The position numbers and the translations under genes were made by a program. This document shows positions 54,065 to 64,000 of a stretch of 64,000 nt of DNA, piece by piece. The stretch lies in sequence record PP885733.1; one strand, given 5' to 3'. Every line of letters starts with the position of its first letter. Position 1 is the first letter of the stretch. The notes under the pieces are model-generated. The model made no database searches. It was not told where the DNA came from and was given only the letters and a program-made list of their open reading frames with translations.

Positions 54065-57000
54065 TTAGTTAGGTAAATATACAGTTTGTGTTAACGTCAC
54101 AGGATTATCGGTGTTCCCACGGACCACAGTAGGGAAGTCGTCAGGAGCAACCAATGCAGCAGGAATCACTACGTTGATTGTTACTTTAACTGGATAATCC
54201 ACTTTCTCAATAGTGACGGTAGCCGTGATGTCAATCGGACCTGCCTGGGTGGCGTCTTCTTTAATCTTAACTTCCAGAGAGAACGTGCCGTCTTCAGCCT
54301 GTTTCATGTTCGTCACTTCGGAAATGACCGCAGCGTTGAACGCAATGTTCTTGAACGTAATCCCAGGGATCGTGCTCAAGTTGACATTGTTATTCCAATT
54401 CCCGTTAACAAACCCACGGACTTGATGCATCGTGAAGTCAACTTTGCCCTGAATCTGAACATCGTTATTTGCACTTGCAGTGACAACCGGAGATTGCGGG
54501 ATGGTTACTGTCGCAGGTCTGTCGAGATAGTAAGTACCTTCTACTGCCACGATACCGCGAATCTGGACTGTACCCCCGGTCCAACCCGTTACCATAGGAA
54601 CTCTGAAATGCCCCTGCGGAGGCGATGGCAAATCAACAATTTTGGTCGGGTCGATACTGATCACTGGTTCTAATGGACCGGCCTGAGGAACGATCTCCAG
54701 ATGTTTGACGTAATAATTACCGCCCAACGTAGGAGCTACAGCATGAGCTGCGTGCCACTGACCCTGTTCGTTCCATCCAGGAGCATCGATCGAACTCAAC
54801 GTAGCCCGCCAGTCGCTCGTGTTATCCACCAATTTCAGATAAATGGTGGTGGTTGCTGTCTTGGTTGGATCATCCAAATCAGTGATGGTTATTGTGTTAG
54901 TTCCCGTGATAATGCTGTTGGCAATGTTGTTTAACCAAACGGTGTCAAATCCACTTCCATTCTGGATAGCTGCACGATCAACACTCACAGGCATACTTCC
55001 AGCACCGAATGTCAGACCATACCGTTTGTTACCCATCTTAACAATATCGTCACCATAGGTCAGAATCATTCCAATCCCATTAGTGGCGTTCTTCTTAATG
55101 TCACGAGGGTTAGCTGCAGTTTCACCAGCAGAACCAGGAGACACGATCAGTTTCCAACGTTTGATGTCCAATTGGACAGTCAGACGGTATTCGTAATCAA
55201 TTCCATTGACACGAGCTACGCCAGTCACTGTACCTGTACCGATGTTACCAGTTGGGGTAACAGTTACCTGATATGGGAACTGTGGATCACCAGTAGCTGT
55301 GATATCACCAACAGATGCAATCTCACCACCAGGAACGCCTGCTCCGAATGTAGCACCATCAACTTTGACATTTGTCGTGCCTTGCATCTGGTTCAGACGG
55401 AACTTGACGTTCACTGGTGTAGCTTCCGCGAGGTACGTCGCTTTCTCAAGCGTCGAAGTCAGAGGAACTTGCGTGACGTTAGCGAATATGGTATCAATTT
55501 CATACCACCCGATATCCTCACCCGGTCTCAGGGCATGAACAAACCCTTTTACTCGAGTACCTTTACCAGTCCACCCAGTAGTGACGCTAAACCCTATCTG
55601 ATAGTTAGTCCCATTGAAATCTGGAACGCTCTGAGTCAGAATGGCATTACCGGTATCTGGATCGCTGATCAACTTAACAGTGGAAATATTGTCAAGTACC
55701 GCAGGGTCGTTGGCACCAACACCAACAGTATAGATGAGCCTGCCTGTGGTGTTACCAGCTAACGACCCCAGAGATTTAACAACAACACTGATAGATGTTG
55801 TATCAGGTCTGGACGTCGAGATTTGTTTGCTGAATACACCACCACTTGGTTTGTGAGTGATCGTTAATACCGCATTTCCACCACCGCCTGTTCCGCTCAA
55901 CTTAGTCTTACAGAACTGCAGTGTATCGGTGCCACCGCGGAAATCAATATCCTTATGGGCGTATACCAGATCTGGAGAGTTGGCAGGGACTTTATTAGTA
56001 CCGTACCAAGCCGTCACTGTCAGTGGCATCAACACATTACCGCGTTTGAATGTCAGAGAGTTCTCAGGAACACTTTCCACCCAGAACGCTGGCTTGGTCT
56101 TGACAGTTAAGCTATCGTCGGTAGTATCACCAAGATAGGACACGGTTACCTTAACAACATCTGTGGTGTCACTGTCCACTTTCTTCATAAACTTAAAGTT
56201 CATGTTAGAGCTGGACGAGTTCACATACTCCAAGACACCAGTAGGTGATGTAGCGATAGTCACCCCAGGCGTGGATGGAGTCAGAGCGACGCCATTGCGG
56301 GTAAGGGAGAACGGAACCCCAATTTGCGCGCCGGTACCGCCTTCGATGTTCTTAGTACCGCCGAACGTCAGGAGTATGTCGTTCTTCTCCTTAAACGTAA
56401 CAACTTGACTGTACGAGTTGTTATTGCCGATACCAGGAACTTGCATTTTGGTAAATACAAATCCGGCAGTGCTAGGACTTGTTTGCATCGCTGCAATCGC
56501 CGTCCATGCAACAACCATTTTACCATCGCGTACAAACGGCACACCGAAGTTATAACCGTAGAACGAAGGCGCACTCAAGGAAAGTACGGTTGTCGGAGCA
56601 CCAGCCCATTTTACACTGAATTCGATCTCACCGGTATCACCAACCAGAGCTTTCACTGGTTCTGGAGAATGGGTAATCTCGAAACGAGTTGGTTTGATAG
56701 TAGGCCACTTAGACCAGTACAGAGACTGATCGAATTGAAGCTCTACCATCTCACCACGGAACGGAGCTGCCAGCTTCATGGTGACGACTTTGGTCGCAGC
56801 TTGTCCCTGTACAGGACCGTCAACAACCCAGAGCCATTTACCAGGAACTGGTTCACCCTCAGGTTTCAGCACCCAGGCATTACTCGCCACATCCGTCAGG
56901 TAACATTCAGTTGAGATGTTATCAGTCCCAGACATTACTACTGGGATGATCGGAGTGAATCCATAGATGTACGGATCCAAAGCGAAGTTAGGATTACTGA

Positions 57001-60000
57001 TAATCCGTGGATAGTCAGCTGGATTGGTTACGTTAACTTTCTGATCAAACTCAGTCTCGCTAGTGATGCCAGGAGCTTGAGTATAAACCAGTTTCACCTT
57101 GGTAGACTTAATTCCATTGTCACCCAGAGGTGCTGTGATCTTGTAAAGGAAGCTACCGACTTTAGTTTCGGTAATCTCAAACAGATCAGCAGGAGTGATA
57201 GTTAACTTAGGATCGTTCAAGTTTACGACCATTCCGCCCATTGTCAACATGAAACTACTGCTACCAGTATCACCATTACCGCCAGTGATATCAGTCACTT
57301 CAGTGACTACAAGAGGAGGGAGCGCAGACTTAATTCCAACAGTCAACTCATCTTTGTGAACCTCAGTGAAAGCACGCAGTACCAAGTTAACCTTGAGGGC
57401 TTCATCGGCGGTTACTTCTTTAACGATTTTCACTTTGATGGTCGTAGCCGTTGTAGATACGATCTCAATAATACCATCAGGTTCAACACTGAGTTCAACG
57501 TCAGCGTGGTTCAGAGGCAAGTTAGAACCTTGGTAGGTTGCAACTGCTTTAACGTCAAAGGTCTCAGTAGTATAACCACCGATCTCTGTATCAGTCAACT
57601 CGAACGTTACCTGAGGAGCTGCTTGTGTTTTCAGTTTCAGCGTTACTGGATAAGTATAGCCATCTTCATCAGTTACTGTACCATTAACCGTTACATCACC
57701 GATCGTTCCTTTACCTTTGAGGATAATGGATTGAGTCTGTGTTGCGGGGTCGGCGATAGAGTTGCTAACGTAGTCGGCAGGACCGTCCACACTGACGAAG
57801 GTCATGACCTGAGCAAAGCGATAAATACCAGAAGCTCGTACCTGAGACAGGCGGAAACTAATCGTGGTAGAAACACCTTCACCCATATCAACGATGTTAT
57901 CGTCAATGGTAGCTAATACTGGAGCGCCTGGGAGTTTCCATTCGGTATTGGCAACAGGAGCTGTCGCACGTTTAACCGTAGGTTTCTCCTTGGCATTACC
58001 ACGAACCACTGCCGACATCAACTTCACAGTCATAGGAATGTGAGTCATAGTGACAGGAACATGATAACGACCAACATTGTCAGGCACTGCATCAACCAGA
58101 TCGGTTGCCGTGGTTACATTCTTAACCGGATCCGTGAATTCAAAACGTCCAGATAACAGATTGGTTTTATCTGAAGTCCAGCGTGGACCATCACCGAAGG
58201 TGTAGTTCTGTTTCCCGTTCCACGGCAATACCGGAGTCGGAGTTGAGAACATGAAGTCCGTCGTTTTGTTCGGAGCAGGTGTCGACTCTTGTTTAGGGTT
58301 AACGTAAGTCTTGCCTGGGAAGACGTTAAAACTCTTCCAATCCAGCTTGCTGACACCTTGGTAAGTACATTGGAGATACGCACCACCCCAGACAGTTGTC
58401 GTTCTGTCCGCTATCATAAAGATGGTGGTTTCGTTGCTACCAGTTATCCTCACAGAGTTATTGAAATCTGTGTTTGGATTAACCAGAGACCATGTACATT
58501 GGTTGACTCTTAATCTAGTCGCACCATAGTAAACCATGGGACTAATTTCATAATTGTCACCAAGACCCATTGCGAAGTTATTGTAGTCAAGTCCTTCTTC
58601 CCACACGAACGCAAGCTCAGTAGGTCCGACAGGCAACAAGTTAAAGTTACGAACAACAAATGTAACTCCAGCTTCTTGTGTTTTATCCTTGTCGGGAATA
58701 TAGACGAACTTAACAGGCACAGGCCACGGACCAGTCACATTTGCATCAGAAGTAGTTCTCAGAACGACGTTGATGGTGTAACCGTCAGGATCCAGGTTGA
58801 AGCTTTGGTATTCACCAACTCTTTGATAACCAGTTCCTGTAGGATCAACCTCAATCAGCGAGTTGGCAACATACTCACCATTACGCATGATCTTGGCTTT
58901 CACTACGTTATTCTGTCCCTTAATGACAACACCACGTCCGCCTTCTGGAGAAATGATCTCAGCAGTCAAACCGGTAGTTTTGTTGTTAGGGAGAATGCGC
59001 ATTGGTCCGTCGACAACAACGGTGACTTCACCGGTACCATCAATAACAGTCACTTCGTACTTCGCAGTACCATCCAGCTGCTTCTTGTCAAAATAAACAA
59101 CGCCAAAGGTATCGCTGTTTTCATCGATGTTGAAGTACTGAGATTTACCATCAAACAGAATGCTCTTGATTTTCAAGGTGGATGTGATATCTCGCCCATC
59201 AATACCAGAGAGAATGGTAAACGGCACTTTGTAATAATTATTGTTCTCTACAGTCAACAGCACTGGTTCAGAAACAATAGGGTCGGCGGCTGCCAATTCT
59301 TGAGTCAGTTTGAGAACAACTGTCTGAACGGCAACACCTTTATACTCAAAGGTCACAGATGGCGCATGGATAACCTCGGTCGCTTGTTTAACCAGGAAAC
59401 GATAAGTAATCGAGTTCGCAGTTTTTTCGTGGATCGCAACTTTAGCTCCAGACGACAGAGAGATCTTCAAGTCAGGGTCATTGTTATCTAACGCAACTCC
59501 GTTATAGGACACTTGCTGTTCGAGAACCGCAGGTGCGTAAACTGTGCCTTTACCTTCTGTTTCGAAAGGTTCTACTTTCTCAAGGAGGGTCAGCATCACG
59601 TTCACATTAACCTTAACGTCTACCCAGTCATAACCTTCAACCGGTGTAGCGTTACCGTTGATAGCTTTGAAGCGGAAAGTAACTTCACCTTCCTTCATCT
59701 CAGCACCGCCGGTGTAGTTGATGGTCAGAGAACCATCAGCATTCGGAGTTGCGCCTTGCACCGTAATCAAATCGCCGAGCTGACTGTTATCAGCATCATA
59801 AACGACTGTGGTTGCAATTGGGTTTTCACCCCAACTACCAGTGAACTTCAGAGCACCGGTTTTACCAATGCCAACATTAATCTGGTTAGAAGCAGGCTTC
59901 ACATCCAGTTTGTTGTCGACGAATGGAGCGATGACGAAGTTGATAGACTGTTCCAGGGTAAAGGTCACACCATCAACAACAATGTCGAAAGTGAACTTCA

Positions 60001-63000
60001 CTGGAGAAGTCACACCAGCAACTTCGGAAGCAATAACTTCCCAAACATCCTCAGTTCCCAGGTTACCGATATCGCGGACATAGGTAGAGCCAGAGACTTG
60101 GATGTTCTTACACTGATCAGTTACGTTAACACCTTTGCTGGTGACACGGAAAGGAATGTGACCCTTATCCGACACAACAACATTGACGTCCATGGTCTGA
60201 TCAATGGTAGGTTCTTCAACGGTGGTATGCTGAATAACCTTCAGTGGGAATGTAGAGCTAGAACCAGAAGTATTGGTATCCTGAACAGTACCAGTGACGT
60301 TAGTCTCCACTTTGGCCTTATCAATCGGACCAGCGAAGTTAACATAAAAGAGACCAGGACGATATGGGTTAGTTGGGAGTACGATAACCGGAGGGTTAAA
60401 CGAGAGGACTCGCGGAGCACCCAAGTTAGCTTGAGTGATACCCATACGGAACGTGCCGTTAACAGTAACGGTGTCACCCAATTTACCTTCGACAACTTCA
60501 TCGACCTTAATCGGATACATCTTACCAGAGGCATAGCCCAAAACTTTAATCGGAACGTATGCGTAGTCAATCCCTTCAACACCAGGACCGTTTAACCCAG
60601 GACCTTTACCTTCACGACTGATCAAGAATTTATACTCGATCGGGTTAGGCATGTTCGGAGCACCCAGGCCAGGTTGGAGTGTCCAAGTATAGTTACCAGT
60701 ACCGGCGTTGTTTCCACTAGTGATAGTGAAGTTATTACCGGCAGCAGGAACAGTTACGGCAGACATCTGAGCCAAGCGAGGAGCGAATGGTTCACCCTGG
60801 AATGTACCTTCAACACCCACCGTTTTGTTGTTCTGATAAGCCATTGCGACAACTTTATCGCTAGGATACCAGGTCAGAGCGCTCAGGTAAGCGTCAATAG
60901 GTTTCAGGATGAACTCGACACCATCGTAGATAGGGATATCGTATTTAACAGTGACAGACTTAGTGAGCTCGTAAGCCCCATCGGTAACAACCACGTTAAA
61001 CACAACGTCCTGAGTCATCGGCTTGGTTTTATCCCCGCCATAAATGACATAGGTGTCTTTCTTATTGACAGCCATCTTAACGAGTGGGTTAGGTGTGATG
61101 GTAACATCTTTCACAGTCCAAGGTGCTGCCAGCGGAGAACCACTGATATTCATCTTGAACGGCAATGCACCGCGATCCCACGTCTTACCAGAAACTGGAG
61201 TCACATTATCCAGAGTCAGTTCAGGCAGAGAACCACCTTTACCTTTCAGAACAACTGGCTGATCCCAAGTCTTGGTATAAGTGACGTTGTCAACTTTACC
61301 GGTTACAGTAATCTGGACTGTGGTTTCCAAATCAGCGAACTGGTTATCGTAAACGTTCTTGATGAAGAACCGATCCTGATCGTAGTTAACGACTGGGGTG
61401 CCCATGACCACTTTATTCTGGTCTTCAGCGCGAATCGTAATCGTACAAGTACGATAGTTGATTGGAGTACGTCCGAAGAACAGCTGACGTTCAACCCATC
61501 CATTTTCGTTGAAGGCAAAGACGACCGGTGCCGGAGGAGTACCACCTGCCCAGTTAAACTCTGGTTCAAACACCTCGTAATACACATCCATGGTGTGCCG
61601 GTTCTTACCTTCGGTTCCTGGAGGGAAACCATTCGGGTTACCGCTAGCTTTCATGTCAACAGCCAGTTTGGCTGGAACGTAGCCGTTACTCACTCCACGA
61701 ATGGTGGTAATGAAGTTGGCGGGAGCTGCGCCAGCACTTACCCACTGCACGAGAGGTGTTGCTGCCATCAATCCTTGATCGACATAGGAAATTGAGCTGG
61801 CCGAGTTACCATTAGGGTATAATGGATCCCAGTACTTGGACGTCATCGTCAAAGTAAATGTTCTACCGCGCGCAATAGAGATAATTGGCTTACCGTCATC
61901 GGCATACCAAAGACCCGTACTAGGAAGGTACGCTTCAAACGTAATCCCATTCCATGCCGTGAAGTTTACTGGGGCATCAATTTCTAACTGGGTTCCTTTG
62001 AAGTTAGGGTGGTTAAGTAAAATAATGAACTTGATCGTGATGACGCCCGCTTCCTTAGGTGCGTTCATAACACGATACATGATGCCCTGGGCTGTCTGGG
62101 TATATCTCTCAATGTACGTTTTGTCAGTACCTGCATCAGCAGCACCATTCAATACGGACACGCCACCAGACTGCACATCAAACGGCTGGTAATATGTTTT
62201 CCATTGTTCCCAAACTGGAGGAACTTCAGGAAGAACGATGGTTAAGCCTGGAACAAAGTTAACCGACATGTTACCACGGTTATAGTTATCTTCATAAGCA
62301 TCCTGGTTTGGAAGTTCCCACACAAACGTAGTTGCTGCAGTTCCTTCTTTAATTCCAGTGAAGTTAACTATTGTTTTAACGCCGTCTTTCTCGATACTGT
62401 CAACAGTGAAGAGACCTTTGAAGTCACTCAACTCAGTATTAAGATTAACATTAGCCGTAGCTTCCCCACGGAAAGTCAAGTTAAACTCGATCTTACCTTT
62501 GACACCCGGCATGACCTGCACAGGGGTAGGGGAATATGTCCCAGCAAACGGATTCCATGGGGCCGTTTGACCGGTGAAGAACCAGTTTACCCGATCTGTT
62601 AGGATTACCGTACCATCCCTGTATGGAACCTCGTAACTATAAGTTACGTAAGTGTCTCCAGGGAATCCACCGTTCACCATTGGGTAAACGTATTGCAACC
62701 AATATTGCGCATTAGGGTCAAATGGCTGTAAAATCTCCACGAGTGTCTTAGGTGAAGAACTGGTAAACGAAATCACTTGACCAGTAATATCTTTACCCGA
62801 CGCCTGCACACGTTTGGTTGATGGTAATTTAAGCCATCTATTACCGCCTAACTGATTAGTAAAACCAGGACTCACTACCAATACTGGGTAATCGGCAGGG
62901 TTACGATAAGTGAACGGAACAGTTTGTTCGCCAACGTGGGTCTTACCAGTGCTTGGGTTCTTGTACGAATACTTGAACACAGGGTTGAACTTCTCACCGA

Positions 63001-64000
63001 TGGTAGTATCCAGAGGAAGTTTCACACGGTAATTAACAGTGGTTGCATTACGAGCTTCAATCACCATAACTTCTGGGTTGACTGCCTCGATGGTTAAGTT
63101 AGGGTCGTTAATCGGAATGTTCAGAGTACGGAGTTTAACCGTAATCGTTCCAGAACCAATCAGGTCGTCATTACCACCTGTTAATGCAGTTGGAGCACTA
63201 ATGACCAGAGGAGCTTCCGTAAACTTAAAGTTGAACGGAACCAACGCGTAATCATAGTTCTCAACAGGAGGATTACCAATTGGGTAATTAGTAGTGTCAT
63301 TCTGACGATCAAACCACATAGGGATGGTAACTTCACCCGCGGACAACACAACACCTTCATATGTGTCGTAACCGTTCTGATGACCTTTGTACTCGAAATC
63401 AATCAGACCTTGGAGATCTGTTTTATCCGGGTTAAATGCGTTATATGAACGTTGATTAACCAGATTACGCCATTCAGCTAAAAGCTGGAACGTTACCTTG
63501 TCATCAATGTACGCACCGAAGGTGTAAACGCCATTAGAAGTTTTAACACGGTAAGTCTTCTGATCCCAAGCTCCAATCTCAAACGACAGATCCATGTCAC
63601 CAGACCACGGATAACCACGGTATGTGGATGCGAATGTCGTAGTGATCGTTTTAGTGCTCGCAGTAACATCAGCACTGATGATGTCATATTGACGACCAGT
63701 GTACTTAACGTATTTGCTTTGAACACCAGGCTGAGCCAGAGTACCAGTTGCTGTCCAGGTTGAAGCCAGGTCAACATCATCACACATTACCTTAATACCA
63801 GTCACTGCTTGCAGAGGCTGGAAGATAACGTTGTTCGGGTAAAGGTTCTTACCGGTGATGACCACATCACTCGTGGTATACTGAAGCGGAACTTCAACGT
63901 TCGCAGTGTAGGTTTGGCCGCCATACTTATAAGAAAGCTGGAGAATCTCTTTCGTGTCAGCAGTGTGACCCGGATAGAGAGGACCTGTCAATGCGTAGTT
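54065..64000 (-). CDS. Giant tandem Ig-like domain protein, 5'-truncated by the window edge (>3311 aa)
   Basis: Frame is open to base 64000 (AAC TAC GCA TTG ACA...), so the TTG at 63991 is not the real start; roughly 30 beta-rich ~105-aa units. Confidence 0.85.
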   Translation of the reverse strand, partial: NYALTGPLYPGHTADTKEILQLSYKYGGQTYTANVEVPLQYTTSDVVITGKNLYPNNVIFQPLQAVTGIKVMCDDVDLASTWTATGTLAQPGVQSKYVKYTGRQYDIISADVTASTKTITTTFASTYRGYPWSGDMDLSFEIGAWDQKTYRVKTSNGVYTFGAYIDDKVTFQLLAEWRNLVNQRSYNAFNPDKTDLQGLIDFEYKGHQNGYDTYEGVVLSAGEVTIPMWFDRQNDTTNYPIGNPPVENYDYALVPFNFKFTEAPLVISAPTALTGGNDDLIGSGTITVKLRTLNIPINDPNLTIEAVNPEVMVIEARNATTVNYRVKLPLDTTIGEKFNPVFKYSYKNPSTGKTHVGEQTVPFTYRNPADYPVLVVSPGFTNQLGGNRWLKLPSTKRVQASGKDITGQVISFTSSSPKTLVEILQPFDPNAQYWLQYVYPMVNGGFPGDTYVTYSYEVPYRDGTVILTDRVNWFFTGQTAPWNPFAGTYSPTPVQVMPGVKGKIEFNLTFRGEATANVNLNTELSDFKGLFTVDSIEKDGVKTIVNFTGIKEGTAATTFVWELPNQDAYEDNYNRGNMSVNFVPGLTIVLPEVPPVWEQWKTYYQPFDVQSGGVSVLNGAADAGTDKTYIERYTQTAQGIMYRVMNAPKEAGVITIKFIILLNHPNFKGTQLEIDAPVNFTAWNGITFEAYLPSTGLWYADDGKPIISIARGRTFTLTMTSKYWDPLYPNGNSASSISYVDQGLMAATPLVQWVSAGAAPANFITTIRGVSNGYVPAKLAVDMKASGNPNGFPPGTEGKNRHTMDVYYEVFEPEFNWAGGTPPAPVVFAFNENGWVERQLFFGRTPINYRTCTITIRAEDQNKVVMGTPVVNYDQDRFFIKNVYDNQFADLETTVQITVTGKVDNVTYTKTWDQPVVLKGKGGSLPELTLDNVTPVSGKTWDRGALPFKMNISGSPLAAPWTVKDVTITPNPLVKMAVNKKDTYVIYGGDKTKPMTQDVVFNVVVTDGAYELTKSVTVKYDIPIYDGVEFILKPIDAYLSALTWYPSDKVVAMAYQNNKTVGVEGTFQGEPFAPRLAQMSAVTVPAAGNNFTITSGNNAGTGNYTWTLQPGLGAPNMPNPIEYKFLISREGKGPGLNGPGVEGIDYAYVPIKVLGYASGKMYPIKVDEVVEGKLGDTVTVNGTFRMGITQANLGAPRVLSFNPPVIVLPTNPYRPGLFYVNFAGPIDKAKVETNVTGTVQDTNTSGSSSTFPLKVIQHTTVEEPTIDQTMDVNVVVSDKGHIPFRVTSKGVNVTDQCKNIQVSGSTYVRDIGNLGTEDVWEVIASEVAGVTSPVKFTFDIVVDGVTFTLEQSINFVIAPFVDNKLDVKPASNQINVGIGKTGALKFTGSWGENPIATTVVYDADNSQLGDLITVQGATPNADGSLTINYTGGAEMKEGEVTFRFKAINGNATPVEGYDWVDVKVNVNVMLTLLEKVEPFETEGKGTVYAPAVLEQQVSYNGVALDNNDPDLKISLSSGAKVAIHEKTANSITYRFLVKQATEVIHAPSVTFEYKGVAVQTVVLKLTQELAAADPIVSEPVLLTVENNNYYKVPFTILSGIDGRDITSTLKIKSILFDGKSQYFNIDENSDTFGVVYFDKKQLDGTAKYEVTVIDGTGEVTVVVDGPMRILPNNKTTGLTAEIISPEGGRGVVIKGQNNVVKAKIMRNGEYVANSLIEVDPTGTGYQRVGEYQSFNLDPDGYTINVVLRTTSDANVTGPWPVPVKFVYIPDKDKTQEAGVTFVVRNFNLLPVGPTELAFVWEEGLDYNNFAMGLGDNYEISPMVYYGATRLRVNQCTWSLVNPNTDFNNSVRITGSNETTIFMIADRTTTVWGGAYLQCTYQGVSKLDWKSFNVFPGKTYVNPKQESTPAPNKTTDFMFSTPTPVLPWNGKQNYTFGDGPRWTSDKTNLLSGRFEFTDPVKNVTTATDLVDAVPDNVGRYHVPVTMTHIPMTVKLMSAVVRGNAKEKPTVKRATAPVANTEWKLPGAPVLATIDDNIVDMGEGVSTTISFRLSQVRASGIYRFAQVMTFVSVDGPADYVSNSIADPATQTQSIILKGKGTIGDVTVNGTVTDEDGYTYPVTLKLKTQAAPQVTFELTDTEIGGYTTETFDVKAVATYQGSNLPLNHADVELSVEPDGIIEIVSTTATTIKVKIVKEVTADEALKVNLVLRAFTEVHKDELTVGIKSALPPLVVTEVTDITGGNGDTGSSSFMLTMGGMVVNLNDPKLTITPADLFEITETKVGSFLYKITAPLGDNGIKSTKVKLVYTQAPGITSETEFDQKVNVTNPADYPRIISNPNFALDPYIYGFTPIIPVVMSGTDNISTECYLTDVASNAWVLKPEGEPVPGKWLWVVDGPVQGQAATKVVTMKLAAPFRGEMVELQFDQSLYWSKWPTIKPTRFEITHSPEPVKALVGDTGEIEFSVKWAGAPTTVLSLSAPSFYGYNFGVPFVRDGKMVVAWTAIAAMQTSPSTAGFVFTKMQVPGIGNNNSYSQVVTFKEKNDILLTFGGTKNIEGGTGAQIGVPFSLTRNGVALTPSTPGVTIATSPTGVLEYVNSSSSNMNFKFMKKVDSDTTDVVKVTVSYLGDTTDDSLTVKTKPAFWVESVPENSLTFKRGNVLMPLTVTAWYGTNKVPANSPDLVYAHKDIDFRGGTDTLQFCKTKLSGTGGGGNAVLTITHKPSGGVFSKQISTSRPDTTSISVVVKSLGSLAGNTTGRLIYTVGVGANDPAVLDNISTVKLISDPDTGNAILTQSVPDFNGTNYQIGFSVTTGWTGKGTRVKGFVHALRPGEDIGWYEIDTIFANVTQVPLTSTLEKATYLAEATPVNVKFRLNQMQGTTNVKVDGATFGAGVPGGEIASVGDITATGDPQFPYQVTVTPTGNIGTGTVTGVARVNGIDYEYRLTVQLDIKRWKLIVSPGSAGETAANPRDIKKNATNGIGMILTYGDDIVKMGNKRYGLTFGAGSMPVSVDRAAIQNGSGFDTVWLNNIANSIITGTNTITITDLDDPTKTATTTIYLKLVDNTSDWRATLSSIDAPGWNEQGQWHAAHAVAPTLGGNYYVKHLEIVPQAGPLEPVISIDPTKIVDLPSPPQGHFRVPMVTGWTGGTVQIRGIVAVEGTYYLDRPATVTIPQSPVVTASANNDVQIQGKVDFTMHQVRGFVNGNWNNNVNLSTIPGITFKNIAFNAAVISEVTNMKQAEDGTFSLEVKIKEDATQAGPIDITATVTIEKVDYPVKVTINVVIPAALVAPDDFPTVVRGNTDNPVTLTQTVYLPN

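Noticed and set aside
8528-61795. Long antisense ORFs (e.g. 8528..9664, 12362..13186, 42225..43277, 59513..60595, 60674..61795)
   Set aside because: They lie fully opposite well-supported genes, lack SDs and recognisable motifs, and are expected shadows of the strong codon bias
63989-63991. TTG start for the 3308-aa ORF
   Set aside because: The frame stays open to the window edge and the translation begins mid-domain, so the gene is 5'-truncated
1-64000. CRISPR arrays, tRNA/rRNA, integrase, transposase, invertase, intron or intein
   Set aside because: No repeat-spacer pattern, no cloverleaf noticed in the short intergenic gaps, no catalytic motifs for these enzymes; ligase, RNase H and SbcC are uninterrupted
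1-64000. Stop-codon reassignment
   Set aside because: Genes up to about 10 kb read through with the standard code and pack tightly

Overview
64 kb segment of a large lytic dsDNA phage genome. Gene content and order (three paralogous long tail-fibre-like genes, a baseplate spike divergent from SbcC, NAD-dependent ligase, RNase HI, a protease-processed head-protein-like ORF, TATG/TATTAT-type motifs) point to a phiKZ-like jumbo myophage (Chimalliviridae-like); this is inferred from recalled family features, not from a database search. Layout: 1-13 kb + strand tail/adhesin genes, the last ending in about 21 BspA/DUF285 leucine-rich repeats; 13-27 kb spike, SbcC, signal-peptide transglycosylase, ligase, RNase H and a P-loop/head-protein fusion; 27-44 kb a dense + strand accessory/early region (GIY-YIG nuclease plus twin XRE-HTH, small membrane proteins, kinase-like ORF, many orphans); 44-64 kb four - strand genes encoding at least 6650 aa of tandem Ig-like beta-sandwich domains. 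Most striking observation: all three boundaries between those four genes fall inside an Ig-like domain. The C-terminus of each protein carries the first strand(s) missing from the N-terminus of the next, and the higher-order domain pattern runs on across genes, suggesting a giant fibre assembled head-to-tail by strand complementation. No tRNA, rRNA, CRISPR array, integrase, transposase or reverse transcriptase was seen.
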